DNA from: Eubacteriales bacterium | GTDB lineage: Bacteria; Bacillota; Clostridia; Oscillospirales; CAG-272 | Reading direction: 5' to 3' | Assembly (NCBI GenBank): GCA_045605765.1 | Contig: JAZUQQ010000027.1 | Location: 1,095 to 65,094, forward strand | DNA: 64,000 bases | Part shown: positions 37,269 through 48,971 of the stretch, one piece after another | How positions within the stretch are numbered: position 1 is the first letter of the stretch | Layout of the letters: the number at the start of each line of letters is the position of its first letter | Made by a program: the position numbers and the translations under genes | The notes under the pieces: generated by a model | What the model was told of the DNA's origin: nothing | The model's database searches: none | What the model saw: only the letters and a program-made list of their open reading frames with translations

Positions 37269-39220
37269 TCAAAATGAAAAAGCTCTCGCTTGCCGCCGCT
37301 TCCTGCGATGCAGACGAGCTTATGCAAAAGCTTATGTGGACAGGCAGCGTTGAGGTCTCGAACGCGACCGAGTCGGTTTCCGGAGACTCTCGTCTTTCTC
37401 CCGACGAGCGCTTTTCACAAAGACTTGCAGAGCTCTCCGAAAAGCTAGCTCGGTATGAGAGGACGCTTTCTATTCTGAAAGCCCACGAAAAGGCGAGAGG
37501 CAGTCTTTTTGCAAAGAAAAAAGGATATGGCAAAGAGCTTTATGACAGTCCCGACGACACACTAGCGAAGGCAGATGCGCTGACAGTACGCGTCTCAGAT
37601 ATCATAGGAAGCATCGATGCCATTATTTCCGAAGAAACTCGGATTCGCATCTCGCTCGAAGTCCTTTCTCCTTGGAAGGCTTTTAATGTAAAGCTTTCGA
37701 TAAAAGGTACGCCTTCCACACAAATGATACTGGGTTCTTTGCCACTAACGGTAAATTCCAAAGCGTTGCTCAACGAACTAGCTCTCGAATGTGAAAACGC
37801 ACTGCTCGAAGTAATTTCCGAGAGCGAAAACGCATCTTATATCTGCGTATTTGCACTAAATGAGGATATCGACAAGGTAACTTCTCTGCTCTCTCGTAAG
37901 GGATTTATACGCGCTGACTTTTCGGCGTATGAGGATTCTGCCGCGCAGGAATATGAAAAGCTCATATCAAGAAGTGCCCAGCTCGACTCCGAGCGGATCG
38001 GTCTTGAAGCCTCTTTGAAAAAGCTTGCTCAGTCAAATGATATTCTGCGACTCGCCTGTGACGTAGTCGATTCGCAGATAGCCAAGGTCGAGGCAGAAAA
38101 AAGACTGATCTGCACGAAATCAGCAGTAATTCTTTCAGGTTGGGTTCCCGAGAAAAAAACGGATGCGATAGAAAAAATACTTACAAATTACGACTGTTTT
38201 TACCAGTTTACAGATCCCGAGGATGGTGACGACGTTCCCGTCCAGCTTTCAAACAAGTCGATATTTACTCCCTTTGAAAGCATAATAGATATGTACGTTC
38301 TTCCCGCTTACGGATCGTTTGACCCAACCGCGATAATGGCGGTGTTCTATTTCATCATATTCGGAATGATGCTTGCCGACGTGGTTTACGGACTTATCCT
38401 TGCACTCGGCGGACTCTGGGCAGTAAAAAAGCTTGATCTTCCGAAGGGTGTAAAACAACTGGTCAAGCTATTTGCGATATGCGGAGTATCCTGTACGGTA
38501 TGCGGAGTTTTCTTCGGAAGCTATCTCGGCGACCTGCCCTCGGCTCTCGTTCAGGCTTTTGGCGGCGAGGCGTTCACGATGCCGCTCACGCTTATCGACA
38601 CGCTCGGAGATCCGATAACGCTTATCGTCGTTTCGCTTGCAGTCGGACTTATCCATATGCTCGCAGGTCTTGCAATACAGTTCTACGTAGTCTGCCGTGA
38701 CAGATCGTTCATCTTCGCCTTCTTCGACGTCGGCGGTTGGTTCATAGTCTTTGCTGGTGCGGGACTTTATTTCATCATCAGAAACGTCGGACTTATCATT
38801 ATCGGTGTGGGCATCGTAGTTATGATGATAGGCGGAGCACTTAAAAAGACTGGAGTTTTCGGAAGAATAGTCGGAAGCCTCGGTGCCGTGTACGGATTTG
38901 TCGGATTTGCCTCCGACCTTATATCCTACTCACGAATTATGGCGCTCGGTCTTACCTCGGCGATTATCGCAAGCGTGTTCAATATTCTGGCGACGATAGC
39001 TCTGCCGAATCCGATAGGATTCCTGCTTTTCATTGTGGTAATCATCATCGGACACGTTCTTAACCTCGGTATCAACATTATCGGAACCTTCGTACACGCG
39101 AGCCGTCTGCAATATATCGAATTTTTCGGAAAATTCTACGAGGACGGAGGACGTAAATTCTCACCCCTCACCACGCGTGAGAAATACACTAAAATAACAG
39201 ATCTCGAAGACAGAGATTGA
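37259..39220 (+). CDS. ntpI: V-type ATPase subunit I
   Basis: MAIVKMKK N-terminus, a soluble N-terminal half plus a polytopic C-terminal half. Confidence 0.9.
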   Translation: MAIVKMKKLSLAAASCDADELMQKLMWTGSVEVSNATESVSGDSRLSPDERFSQRLAELSEKLARYERTLSILKAHEKARGSLFAKKKGYGKELYDSPDDTLAKADALTVRVSDIIGSIDAIISEETRIRISLEVLSPWKAFNVKLSIKGTPSTQMILGSLPLTVNSKALLNELALECENALLEVISESENASYICVFALNEDIDKVTSLLSRKGFIRADFSAYEDSAAQEYEKLISRSAQLDSERIGLEASLKKLAQSNDILRLACDVVDSQIAKVEAEKRLICTKSAVILSGWVPEKKTDAIEKILTNYDCFYQFTDPEDGDDVPVQLSNKSIFTPFESIIDMYVLPAYGSFDPTAIMAVFYFIIFGMMLADVVYGLILALGGLWAVKKLDLPKGVKQLVKLFAICGVSCTVCGVFFGSYLGDLPSALVQAFGGEAFTMPLTLIDTLGDPITLIVVSLAVGLIHMLAGLAIQFYVVCRDRSFIFAFFDVGGWFIVFAGAGLYFIIRNVGLIIIGVGIVVMMIGGALKKTGVFGRIVGSLGAVYGFVGFASDLISYSRIMALGLTSAIIASVFNILATIALPNPIGFLLFIVVIIIGHVLNLGINIIGTFVHASRLQYIEFFGKFYEDGGRKFSPLTTREKYTKITDLEDRD

Positions 39221-39266
39221 TTATAAATTTAAAAACATTCATCTATAAAATTTGGAGGACAAAACA

Positions 39267-39794
39267 ATGTTTACAATTCTTACAGAAGTAGGCTCTATCT
39301 CGTTCGGTCAATATCTTTCCAACATTACTTTTGGCTCGGCACTCGCTCTTCTCGGAGCATTCCTTGCAGTCGGTCTTGCAGGCTGGGGCTCAGCAAAGGG
39401 CGTTGGTATGGTAGGTCAGGCAGCAGCAGGTGTTATTTCCGAGGATCCCTCGGTAGCAGGTAAGGCGATAATCCTTCAAGCTCTTCCTGCAACTCAGGGT
39501 CTTTACGGCTTCGTCGTTGCCTTTCTCGTAATGCTCAAAGGCGGTGCTCTCAGCGGAAACATATTCACCCTCTCACTCGAACAGGGTATGTTCTTCTTTG
39601 TCGCTTGTCTCCCCATCGCATTCGTTGGCTTATTCTCGGCCATCCATCAGGCAAAGGTTGCGGCAGCAGGCGTTCAGATGATCTCGAAACAGAAGGATAA
39701 ATTCGGTACCGCTATCACCAGTGCGGCTCTCGTTGAGACCTATGCGCTCTTCTCGCTCCTGGTATCGGCACTTCTCATCCTTCTCTACAAATAA
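39267..39794 (+). CDS. ntpK: V-type ATPase proteolipid subunit K
   Basis: Duplicated c-subunit hairpins, Gly/Ala-rich TM helices. Confidence 0.9.
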   Translation: MFTILTEVGSISFGQYLSNITFGSALALLGAFLAVGLAGWGSAKGVGMVGQAAAGVISEDPSVAGKAIILQALPATQGLYGFVVAFLVMLKGGALSGNIFTLSLEQGMFFFVACLPIAFVGLFSAIHQAKVAAAGVQMISKQKDKFGTAITSAALVETYALFSLLVSALLILLYK

Positions 39795-39845
39795 TTTGAG
39801 AGTTTATAATCAGATGGACACAAATTGTCAGAAAGGACGGCTTTT

Positions 39846-40499
39846 GTGAATTCAAGTGAAAAGATAATCGGAAGGATAATCTCGGTAGCTCAAAGCGAGG
39901 CTGACGAGATACTGTCGGCTGCTCAAAAAGAAGCTGACGGCATCACCGAAGAATATAAGAAAAAAGCCGCACAGATCGCAGCAAGCGCAGAAGCCGAGCT
40001 TAGCGCCGACACCGAAAACGCGCGTGCGCGTATAAAAACCTCGGCGGAAAAGCTTGCGCGCAACATCATGCTAGATGCAAAAAGCGCCAAAATTGACGAA
40101 GCGTTTGAAAAAGCACGTATCAGACTTATATCCATACCCGACGAAGATTACGAAAAAATGCTCTCAATTATGCTCGTATCTACCGTAAAAACTCAGATCG
40201 AGTCGGAAAAGCGTGCGCTTGAACAGGATACCGACGGCGAGCTCGCTGCTTGCGAGACTTACGAGGTACTCCTTGCGGCAAAGGACAAGTCAAGAGTCGG
40301 AGCGTCTATGATAAAAGAAGCTGCAGATATTGCAAAGAGCGCCGGAAAGAGGCTTTCTGTTTCAAGTGGCGATGCAAATATCGACGGAGGCTTTATTCTC
40401 CGCGCAGGCGATATTGAGATAAACTGCTCGATAGGTCTTATCCTGTCACAACTCAGAAACGATCTCGAAGGCGACGTTTATCGCATACTCTTCTCGTAA
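39846..40499 (+). CDS. ntpE: V-type ATPase subunit E
   Basis: Ala/Glu-rich coiled coil followed by a globular C-terminus. GTG start after aaagga; start uncertain. Confidence 0.8.
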   Translation: MNSSEKIIGRIISVAQSEADEILSAAQKEADGITEEYKKKAAQIAASAEAELSADTENARARIKTSAEKLARNIMLDAKSAKIDEAFEKARIRLISIPDEDYEKMLSIMLVSTVKTQIESEKRALEQDTDGELAACETYEVLLAAKDKSRVGASMIKEAADIAKSAGKRLSVSSGDANIDGGFILRAGDIEINCSIGLILSQLRNDLEGDVYRILFS

Positions 40500-40513
40500 G
40501 TGGGAGGATCGCA

Positions 40514-41527
40514 ATGATAAACGACAAGAAAAAAAGAAACAAGGGCGAAAGAATCTCAGGCGAAGATTATATCTACGCTTCAGCTATGGTCCGCACCAGA
40601 GAAACACACCGTATAAATTACGACGCACTTCTCCGTATGGCAGAGGCAAGGGACGTTTACGAGATCTGCAAAATGCTTCCCGAATACTCGATAGAACCGA
40701 TATATTCTCAAAACGGAACTATTAACGCCGAGGAAACGGTAACGGCTTATCTTTCTGAGGAGTTCAGAGTTGTCGGCAAGGCGATGCCTCAAAGCGCGAT
40801 ACTGAATTTTCTCAGAGTTTCATACGATTGCCATAACCTAAAAAGCGTGATCAAATGCGTCGCGCGCGGACGAGAGAACTGTGAAGATTTGTTTATTGAT
40901 CTGGGAACAGTTCCTTCACATGAGGTGATCGAAAAAATCAAAAACGAAAAGCTCTCGGCATTCCCCAAAAACATGGCAGATGCTTACGAAAAAGCAGAAA
41001 AAGCCTATGCTCAGAGCGGCGATCCCAAGCTCATCGACTCGATTCTCGACGAGGCTTGCTATGCCGATATGCTTGAAGCTACGCGTTCATATCGCAAGGA
41101 CTATTTTAAAAAGCTGGTCGAAATAAAGATCGACACTACGAATATAACGACCGCCGTCAGGGTACTGCGTATGGGCGATATCACAGGACTTTTTGAAAGT
41201 ATGTTCATAAGTGGCGGCTCACTTGATATTGAGTTTTTCAAAAAATCTATGCAGTCAGGAGAAAAAGGACTGTTTTTCGCTCTTAAGGGCAGCGGCTACG
41301 ATTTTCCTGAGAGCGACGGTATTTCGCTCACTACTCTCGCAAAGCTCTGCGAGGCTATCTATGTGAACTATGTCAGCCGCGCAAAGGACGTCGATTTCGG
41401 AGCGGAGATATGCGTGGAGTATCTGATAAAAGCAACCTATGCAACCAAAATGCTCAGAATGGTAATCGCCGCAAAGCAGACAGGCGTTTCAAGCGAAAAG
41501 ATCAAGGAAAGCATCGGAAAGTTCTGA
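40514..41527 (+). CDS. ntpC: V-type ATPase subunit C (d-like)
   Basis: Operon position and about 337-aa helical protein. Confidence 0.8.
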   Translation: MINDKKKRNKGERISGEDYIYASAMVRTRETHRINYDALLRMAEARDVYEICKMLPEYSIEPIYSQNGTINAEETVTAYLSEEFRVVGKAMPQSAILNFLRVSYDCHNLKSVIKCVARGRENCEDLFIDLGTVPSHEVIEKIKNEKLSAFPKNMADAYEKAEKAYAQSGDPKLIDSILDEACYADMLEATRSYRKDYFKKLVEIKIDTTNITTAVRVLRMGDITGLFESMFISGGSLDIEFFKKSMQSGEKGLFFALKGSGYDFPESDGISLTTLAKLCEAIYVNYVSRAKDVDFGAEICVEYLIKATYATKMLRMVIAAKQTGVSSEKIKESIGKF

Positions 41528-41568
41528 TATTTCAAACAACTAAACGTAAAAAGGTTGGTGACCTTAAA

Positions 41569-41886
41569 ATGAACAAGATCGCTATAATAGGCGATACCGA
41601 AAGCACGCTTGGCTTTCTTGCGGTCGGTTTTTCGGTTTTCCCTGCCACTTCGGGCGAAGAGGCGGCGAAAACGCTCGTAAGGCTTGCCGCAGATGGATAC
41701 GCGATAGTTTATATAACCGAGGATCTCGCCTGCGAGATCACCGAAACAATATCGCGCTACAAGGACTGCCCCACCCCTGCGGTCATTATGATCCCCGGAA
41801 AATCGGGAAGCCGAGGGATCGGTATGCACAATATCAAAAAATCGGCAGAGCGCGCCATCGGTGCAGATATACTTTTTAAAGAATAA
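41569..41886 (+). CDS. V-type ATPase subunit F
   Basis: MNKIAIIGDTESTLGFLAVG signature. Confidence 0.85.
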   Translation: MNKIAIIGDTESTLGFLAVGFSVFPATSGEEAAKTLVRLAADGYAIVYITEDLACEITETISRYKDCPTPAVIMIPGKSGSRGIGMHNIKKSAERAIGADILFKE

Positions 41887-41940
41887 ATTTTAACTCCTAT
41901 AAGTCAGAAAGGAACCGTTTTCAGCGGGGTACTATTTAAA

Positions 41941-43713
41941 ATGGTAGAAGGAAGAATAGTCAAGGTATCCGGCCCTCTGGTCATCGCAGAGGGTATGAGA
42001 GAGGCTAATATGTTCGACGTCGTGCGCGTCGGAGAAGCAAAGCTCATCGGAGAAATAATAGAAATGCACGGAGACAGAGCCTCTATACAGGTCTACGAGG
42101 AGACCGCCGGTATTGGTCGCGGTGACAAAGTCATCTCGACCGGAGCTCCCCTTTCGGTTGAGCTCGGTCCCGGTCTTATCACCGGTATTTACGACGGAAT
42201 TCAGCGTCCTCTCGACGTTATTTATGAAAAATACGGCACGAACATAATCAAGGGTATCGACGTTCCTGCTCTTTCTCAGGAAAAACTCTGGAGTTTTGAG
42301 GCAAGCGTAAATGTCGGTGACGAGGTAGTCGGCGGAGACGTTTACGGAACCGTCCGCGAAAACGAGCTCGTAGTTCACAAAATACTCGTTCCGCCCAAGA
42401 CTTCCGGTAAAATAGTCGCTATCGAAAGCGGAGAATACACCGTAAGTGACGTTATCGGAAAGCTCGAGACGGCAAGCGGTGAGATAATCGACATCACCCT
42501 TTCGCAGAAGTGGCCGGTACGTATCGCACGTCCCTACTCGGAAAAGCTTCCTCCCGTAACTCCTCTTGTAACCGGTCAGCGCTCGATAGATACCCTTTTC
42601 GCTCTCGCAAAGGGCGGTACAGCCTGTGTCCCCGGTCCTTTCGGAAGCGGAAAGACTGTCGTTCAACATCAGCTCGCAAAGTGGAGCGACGTTGACATCG
42701 TTGTTTACGTCGGCTGCGGAGAGCGCGGAAATGAAATGACAGACGTTCTTCTCGAATTTCCCGAGCTTCGCGACCCCAAAAGTGGCGAGTCGCTTATGAA
42801 GCGTACAGTACTTATTGCTAATACCTCGGATATGCCGGTTGCAGCTCGTGAAGCCTCGATTTACACCGGTATAACGATAGCAGAATATTTCAGAGATATG
42901 GGATACTCGGTCGCGGTAATCGCCGACTCGACCTCGCGCTGGGCAGAAGCACTACGCGAGATGTCCGGCCGTCTCGAGGAAATGCCCGGCGAAGAAGGAT
43001 ATCCCGCATACCTTACCTCACGTCTTGCTCAGTTCTACGAAAGAGCCGGACAGGTCGTTTGTCTCGGAAACGACAAACGAGTAGGCGCGGTATCTGCAAT
43101 CGGAGCGGTTTCCCCTCCCGGCGGTGACCTTTCCGAGCCGGTCGCTCAGGCAACGCTTCGTATAGTGAAGGTATTCTGGGGGCTTGATGCCTCTCTTGCA
43201 TACCGCCGTCACTTCCCTGCAATCAACTGGCTTTCCTCCTATTCACTCTATCGCGACCGCTTTGCGGAGTGGTTTTCGACTAACGTTTCTCCCGAATGGA
43301 ACGATAATACTGCCAAGTTTATGAAGATACTCCAAGAGGAAAGCGAGCTTGACGAGATCGTAAAGCTCGTCGGTATGGACGCGCTTTCCGCAAACGACAG
43401 ACTCACTCTTGAAGTCGCACGCTCTATCCGCGAGGACTATCTCCAACAGAATGCCTTTGAGGACGTTGACTCGTACACTCCTCTTGAAAAGCAGGATAAG
43501 ATGATGAAGCTTATCCTTTACTTCCACGAAAAAGCCTCGGAGGCTCTTTCTAAGGGCGCAGACATCGAGGATATTGCAAGCCTCGCGGTCAGAGAACAGA
43601 TCGGACGCGCAAAGGGTATAGAAAGTGAGAACTTTGCCTCGGCGTTTGACGCTATTATGAAGGATATAGACAAAGAACTCGACAAAGCTGTTTCCAAAGC
43701 GTCGCAGATCTAA
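41941..43713 (+). CDS. ntpA: V-type ATPase catalytic subunit A
   Basis: Walker A GPFGSGKT. About 590 aa. Confidence 0.95.
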   Translation: MVEGRIVKVSGPLVIAEGMREANMFDVVRVGEAKLIGEIIEMHGDRASIQVYEETAGIGRGDKVISTGAPLSVELGPGLITGIYDGIQRPLDVIYEKYGTNIIKGIDVPALSQEKLWSFEASVNVGDEVVGGDVYGTVRENELVVHKILVPPKTSGKIVAIESGEYTVSDVIGKLETASGEIIDITLSQKWPVRIARPYSEKLPPVTPLVTGQRSIDTLFALAKGGTACVPGPFGSGKTVVQHQLAKWSDVDIVVYVGCGERGNEMTDVLLEFPELRDPKSGESLMKRTVLIANTSDMPVAAREASIYTGITIAEYFRDMGYSVAVIADSTSRWAEALREMSGRLEEMPGEEGYPAYLTSRLAQFYERAGQVVCLGNDKRVGAVSAIGAVSPPGGDLSEPVAQATLRIVKVFWGLDASLAYRRHFPAINWLSSYSLYRDRFAEWFSTNVSPEWNDNTAKFMKILQEESELDEIVKLVGMDALSANDRLTLEVARSIREDYLQQNAFEDVDSYTPLEKQDKMMKLILYFHEKASEALSKGADIEDIASLAVREQIGRAKGIESENFASAFDAIMKDIDKELDKAVSKASQI

Positions 43714-43743
43714 AAATTCATAAGTTGCTTATATGGAGAAATT

Positions 43744-45123
43744 ATGATAAGAGAATATAGAACAATAGAAGAAGTCGCCGGACCCCTGATGCTTATAAAG
43801 CAGATCGACGGCGTAAAATACGACGAGCTCGGAGAGATCGAGCTTGAAAACGGCGAGATCCGCCGTTGCCGTGTGCTTGAAGTAAACGGCTCGAACGTGC
43901 TGGTTCAACTCTTTGACAACGCGGCAGGACTCAACCTCTCGACGAGCAAGGTGCGTTTTTCGGGTCACGGAGTTCAGCTTCCCGTTTCGCAAGATATGCT
44001 CGGCAGAGTATTTAACGGAATGGGCGAGCCTATCGACGACGGCCCGCGCATCATTCCCGAAAAAACACTTGACATAAACGGAACGCCGATAAATCCTGCG
44101 GCGCGTATGTATCCCGACGAATTTATCCAAACGGGAATCTCGACCATCGACGGACTTAACACCCTTGTTCGAGGACAGAAGCTCCCGATATTCTCGGGCT
44201 CAGGTCTCCCCCACGCAAACCTTGCGGCGCAGATAGCGCGTCAGGCGAAGGTTCGCGGAAAGGACGAAAAGTTTGCGGTCGTTTTCGCAGCTATCGGTAT
44301 CACCTTTGAGGAAGCGGATTTCTTTATTTCCGACTTCAAAAAGACGGGCGCTATAGACAGAACCGTACTTTTCATCAACCTCGCAAGCGACTCTGCTATC
44401 GAGCGAATAACCACGCCCCGTATGGCACTGACCGCCGCAGAGCATCTCGCGTTTGACTGCGGTATGCACGTTCTCGTAATAATGACAGACATTACCAACT
44501 ACGCAGAGGCTCTCCGCGAGGTATCGGCGGCGCGTAAGGAGGTTCCCGGACGCCGCGGATATCCCGGAAATCTTTATACAGACCTTGCAACTATGTACGA
44601 GCGCGCAGGAAGAAAGAAGGGCTCGGACGGAAGTATCACTATGATCCCGATACTCACGATGCCCGAGGACGACAAGACTCATCCGATCCCTGACCTTACC
44701 GGATATATCACCGAGGGACAGATAATTCTCTCACGCGATCTTTACAGAAAAGGAATGGCTCCGCCCGTTGACGTTCTTCCCTCCCTTTCCCGTCTTAAAG
44801 ACAAGGGTATAGGTGACGGAAAAACCCGCGCGGATCATGCAAACGTAATGAACCAGCTCTTCTCGAACTATGCGCGAGGCAAAGAGGCCAAGGAGCTTAT
44901 GGTGGTTCTAGGAGAGGCGGCGCTTTCTCCTATGGATCGCCTTTACGCTAAGTTCTCTGACGAGTTCGAGACCCAGTATATAAATCAGGGTTTCTATGAG
45001 AACCGTGACATTGAGAAAACTCTCGACATCGGTTGGAAGCTGCTTTCAATACTCCCAAAGAGCGAACTCAAAAGGATCAAGCCTGAATTTATCGAGAAGT
45101 ATTATCAGGATCAAAAAGATTAA
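43744..45123 (+). CDS. ntpB: V-type ATPase subunit B
   Basis: Conserved B-subunit sequence (…[18 protein letters not shown]…). Confidence 0.95.
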   Translation: MIREYRTIEEVAGPLMLIKQIDGVKYDELGEIELENGEIRRCRVLEVNGSNVLVQLFDNAAGLNLSTSKVRFSGHGVQLPVSQDMLGRVFNGMGEPIDDGPRIIPEKTLDINGTPINPAARMYPDEFIQTGISTIDGLNTLVRGQKLPIFSGSGLPHANLAAQIARQAKVRGKDEKFAVVFAAIGITFEEADFFISDFKKTGAIDRTVLFINLASDSAIERITTPRMALTAAEHLAFDCGMHVLVIMTDITNYAEALREVSAARKEVPGRRGYPGNLYTDLATMYERAGRKKGSDGSITMIPILTMPEDDKTHPIPDLTGYITEGQIILSRDLYRKGMAPPVDVLPSLSRLKDKGIGDGKTRADHANVMNQLFSNYARGKEAKELMVVLGEAALSPMDRLYAKFSDEFETQYINQGFYENRDIEKTLDIGWKLLSILPKSELKRIKPEFIEKYYQDQKD

Positions 45124-45152
45124 AAATCCATTAGAAACCGAGGAAAAAGCCT

Positions 45153-45830
45153 ATGGCTGAAATTCGCGTAAATCCCACGCGTATGGAAATGAAGCGCATA
45201 AATGCGAGGCTGACCACCGCAAGACGCGGTCACAAGCTTCTCAAAGACAAGCAGGATGAACTTATGAAGCTTTTCCTTGAAGTCGTGCGCCAGAACAAAG
45301 CCCTGCGCGAGGATATAGAAAAAAGAATAATGTGCGTCCATCAGAGCTTCACTCTCGCTTCTGCTGTAAGCTCTCCGAAAATGCTTGAAGAAGCGCTTAT
45401 GCTTCCAAAAAGCCGGTGCAACCTCGACGTCGAATACAAAAATATGATGAGCGTAAACGTTCCCGTATATAAATTCGACATCGTAGGAAGCGAAGGAGGC
45501 GGTTATAACTACGGCTTTGCCTTTACTCCGGGTGAACTTGACGACGCGGTAGGAGAACTCACTGAGCTTCTCCCCGATATGATAAAGCTGGCAGAAACAG
45601 AAAAAACCGCACAGATGCTCGCAGAGGAGATCGAAAAGACACGCCGACGCGTCAACGCGCTTGAATACATTATGATCCCTCAGTACGAGAAAACCATAAA
45701 GACTATAAAAATGAAGCTTGACGAGGTGGAGCGCGGTAATACCACCCGTCTTATGAAGGTAAAGGATCTTATGCTCGAAGCACAGCTTGCGCAAAAGCGT
45801 AGGAGCGACGGTCAGACAGATCAGTATTAA
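45153..45830 (+). CDS. ntpD: V-type ATPase subunit D
   Basis: NPTRMEMKR N-terminus, coiled coil. Confidence 0.9.
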   Translation: MAEIRVNPTRMEMKRINARLTTARRGHKLLKDKQDELMKLFLEVVRQNKALREDIEKRIMCVHQSFTLASAVSSPKMLEEALMLPKSRCNLDVEYKNMMSVNVPVYKFDIVGSEGGGYNYGFAFTPGELDDAVGELTELLPDMIKLAETEKTAQMLAEEIEKTRRRVNALEYIMIPQYEKTIKTIKMKLDEVERGNTTRLMKVKDLMLEAQLAQKRRSDGQTDQY

Positions 45831-45969
45831 AGTCACGCCCTCTGCCCTGAAATCGGACAGGGGGCTATAACTACTTATAATATTTGAAAATTTACGGAAT
45901 ACGGACAAACAAAGCAAAATATAATTTATTACAGTTCTCTATAATTTATTTTGCGGAGGTTTATCTGAA

Positions 45970-46440
45970 ATGTTCGTTTATTCTTTCAAGGCAACGAGTC
46001 TTAAAGCCGCCGTCACGCTTAGCGTCGCCGCGCTTATACTCGTTGCTCTCATTCTTGCCGTTCCGTCCTACGGAGCGATCGAAACCGATACCGACGGCAT
46101 ATCCTATTCGGGCGTAAAAAGCGCATCTGACGCAGCCGAGTTTTTAAAGCAATTCGGTTGGGAAGTGTCAGGCGAGCCGACAGAAAGTGTCGAGATCAAA
46201 GTTCCTTCCGATTTCGACAGCGTGTTCACTGAGTACAACGAGATTCAAAAAAGGCAGGGGCTTGATCTAGCAAAATACCGTCGCAAATCGGTAACGAGAT
46301 ACACCTTTGAGGTGAAAAACTTCGATGGCGCGAGCGGAGAGGTCCTTGCAAGCGTCATCGTTTACAGGGGCAACGTCATAGCAGGCGACCTTTGTCAAAG
46401 CGGAGAAAACGGATTCGTTGTCGGCTTTGAAGGAAAATAA
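45970..46440 (+). CDS. membrane-anchored DUF4830-like protein
   Basis: N-terminal TM segment. The C-terminal domain has …YNEIQKRQGLDLAKYRRKSVTRYTFEV…. The family name is recalled from memory. Confidence 0.6.
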   Translation: MFVYSFKATSLKAAVTLSVAALILVALILAVPSYGAIETDTDGISYSGVKSASDAAEFLKQFGWEVSGEPTESVEIKVPSDFDSVFTEYNEIQKRQGLDLAKYRRKSVTRYTFEVKNFDGASGEVLASVIVYRGNVIAGDLCQSGENGFVVGFEGK

Positions 46441-46476
46441 AATCCAAACGTTCAAAAGAAAGGGAAGAAGAAAAAA

Positions 46477-47637
46477 ATGGAGCTTACCTACGTTGCTACC
46501 TGTCTTTTCGGACTTGAAAAATTTTTAGGAGAAGAAATTGACGCTCTCGGTTACACGCGTATATCGACCATTGACGGTCGCGTGACCTTCATCGGAGATA
46601 TATCGGCGATCGCGCGCTGCAATATCGGTATGCGCTTTGCCGAGAGGCTGTACATAAAGCTCGGAGAGTTTACAGCCGACACCTTTGACTCACTTTTTGA
46701 GGGAACGAAGGCTCTCCCTTGGGAGAATTTTATAGGGGAAAACGATACCTTCCCCGTTTCGGGACATTCTGTGAAAAGCAAGCTTTTCAGTATTCCCGAC
46801 TGTCAGTCGATAGTTAAAAAGGCGATAGTAGAACGCCTTAGAATGAAATATCATCTCTCTTTTTTCCCCGAGGACAAAACTCTTTACAGAATCGAATTTT
46901 TCATTCTAAACGATACTGCAAGTCTTATGATAGACACATCGGGCGTCGCCCTTCACAAAAGAGGCTACCGTCCCTCGTCGAATGCGGCACCTCTGCGCGA
47001 AACTCTCGCCGCCGCACTCGTCAAAATAGCACGCCCGAGAGAGGACGTGCTATTCTGGGATCCCATGTGCGGATCGGGAACTATTGCGATCGAAGCCGCG
47101 CTGATGCAGACAAACCGCGCGCCCGGTATGAATCGCCGTTTTGACAGTGAAAAATTCCCTCAGATAGAGGCAAATATATGGAAAATGGCGCGCGAAGAGG
47201 CACAGAATAATATAAAAGTAGACTCTACATTTGAGGTCTACGCCTCGGATATTGATATGAGCTGTGTCGAGCTCACTCGCGAAAATATACGCCGTGCAGG
47301 AGTCGGCGCACACGTCAAGGCGTTCGAGAGAAACGCTCTTGAAATAAAGACCGGCGGCAGACGCGGCACGGTTGTGTGCAATCCACCCTATGGTGAAAGA
47401 CTTTTTTCTATGGAACAGGCGGAAGAACTCTATCGAAACATGGGACGAGCCTTCTCGCATCTCGACAATTGGCAGATATACGTCCTCACCTCACACGAGG
47501 ACTTTGAGCGACTCTACGGACGTCGCGCGGACAAGGTCAGAAAGCTCTATAACGGTATGATAAAGTGTAATTTCTATCAATTTTTCAAAAAACGCGACGA
47601 CTTTTCGCCTAAATACAAAGGAAATTATAAGAAATGA
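46477..47637 (+). CDS. THUMP-domain class I SAM-dependent RNA methyltransferase (RlmK/L / YpsC-like)
   Basis: THUMP N-terminal domain, DPMCGSGT SAM motif and NPPYG catalytic motif. Confidence 0.85.
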   Translation: MELTYVATCLFGLEKFLGEEIDALGYTRISTIDGRVTFIGDISAIARCNIGMRFAERLYIKLGEFTADTFDSLFEGTKALPWENFIGENDTFPVSGHSVKSKLFSIPDCQSIVKKAIVERLRMKYHLSFFPEDKTLYRIEFFILNDTASLMIDTSGVALHKRGYRPSSNAAPLRETLAAALVKIARPREDVLFWDPMCGSGTIAIEAALMQTNRAPGMNRRFDSEKFPQIEANIWKMAREEAQNNIKVDSTFEVYASDIDMSCVELTRENIRRAGVGAHVKAFERNALEIKTGGRRGTVVCNPPYGERLFSMEQAEELYRNMGRAFSHLDNWQIYVLTSHEDFERLYGRRADKVRKLYNGMIKCNFYQFFKKRDDFSPKYKGNYKK

Positions 47638-48971
47638 AGAAAAACGATCTCTACACGGTAGAAATAAGCGATATGAATAACCTCGGCGCAGGCATCTGCA
47701 AGATAGACGGCAAGGTCGTCTTTGTGCGCGGCGGCGTTACGGGGGACAAGCTTGAAATCGGCATAATAAAAAATCTCTCTGACTATGCGGTAGCGAGAGT
47801 GAATAAGATAATCGAGCCCTCTCCTATCAGAACAGAAAACGATTGCCCGTCCTTTAAGCGTTGCGGCGGTTGCTCCTTCCGCCACGTCAGATACGAAAGC
47901 GAAAAGCTTTTCAAGAAAAACTACGTCGAAAACGCCTTCAAAAAGGTCGGACTGTCTGTAAAGATCGAGGACGTGATCTCGACCGAGTCGCCCGACGGCT
48001 ACCGAAACAAGGTGCAATACCCTGTCGGAGAAAATTGGAAGATCGGCTTTTTTGCCGAGCACTCGCACGATATAGTCGAGGTTTCTGACTGCGCAGCGCA
48101 GGATAAAGAATTTTCCGCAATTCTCGATGAAATAGTTAAATTCGGCAAGGCAAACAAGATCCCGACCTACGATTTCGAAAGCGGCAAAGGGCTCGTGCGC
48201 CATGTTTACCTACGTAAAGGTCGCGGAAGCGGCGAGATCATGGTCTGCCTCGTTGTAAACGGGGAGAGCCTTCCAAGCTCGGACAAGCTTTGCAAAGCCC
48301 TTGCCGAGCGCTTCCCCGCCATCAAATCCATAATTTTGAATATAAACGAAAAGCGCACGAACGTCATTCTCGGCGAAAAAAACATCACCCTTTGGGGCAA
48401 GGATACGATAGAGGATATTTTCTGCGGACTGAAAGTAAAAATCTCGCCGAAATCATTCTATCAGGTCAATCGAGAGTGTGCTGAGCTTATCTGTAAAAAA
48501 GCTGCAGAGTTCGCAGAGCTTATATCTGGGGAGCGGCTCGTCGACCTTTTCTGCGGCATCGGAACGATCGGTCTTTCAATGATAAAGGACTTTCCGGACG
48601 CCGAGCTTCTAGGAGTCGAGATAATTCCCGAAGCGGTCGAAAATGCAAAAGAAAACGCTACGGCAAACGGAATGACGAACGCGAAATTCATCTGCGGCGA
48701 TGCAAATTCTCCCGAAATTACGGGCGCAGACGTCGTCGTTGTCGATCCCCCTCGCAAGGGCTGCTCGAGCGAGCTTATAAAGCGCATCTCGGAAATCTCG
48801 CCATCGCGTGTGATCTACGTTTCCTGCAATCCTGACACCCTCGCGCGTGACTGTAAGCTCTTCGACGCCGAAGGATACAAGGTCACACGAGCACTGGCGG
48901 CGGACATGTTTTCACGGACAGGGCACGTTGAGAGTGTCGTTTGTCTGACGCGGTCAGACAAAGCGACGTGA
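47634..48971 (+). CDS. rlmD: 23S rRNA (uracil-C5)-methyltransferase RlmD/RumA family
   Basis: TRAM domain, Cys cluster CPSFKRCGGCSF, DLFCGIGT, DPPRKG. The last six codons (RSDKAT) come from the inserted DNA. Confidence 0.9.
   Translation: MKKNDLYTVEISDMNNLGAGICKIDGKVVFVRGGVTGDKLEIGIIKNLSDYAVARVNKIIEPSPIRTENDCPSFKRCGGCSFRHVRYESEKLFKKNYVENAFKKVGLSVKIEDVISTESPDGYRNKVQYPVGENWKIGFFAEHSHDIVEVSDCAAQDKEFSAILDEIVKFGKANKIPTYDFESGKGLVRHVYLRKGRGSGEIMVCLVVNGESLPSSDKLCKALAERFPAIKSIILNINEKRTNVILGEKNITLWGKDTIEDIFCGLKVKISPKSFYQVNRECAELICKKAAEFAELISGERLVDLFCGIGTIGLSMIKDFPDAELLGVEIIPEAVENAKENATANGMTNAKFICGDANSPEITGADVVVVDPPRKGCSSELIKRISEISPSRVIYVSCNPDTLARDCKLFDAEGYKVTRALAADMFSRTGHVESVVCLTRSDKAT
48924..48950 (+). 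repeat. left 27-bp direct repeat (rlmD 3' end)
   Basis: cacgttgagagtgtcgtttgtctgacg, identical to 50407-50433. Confidence 0.9.
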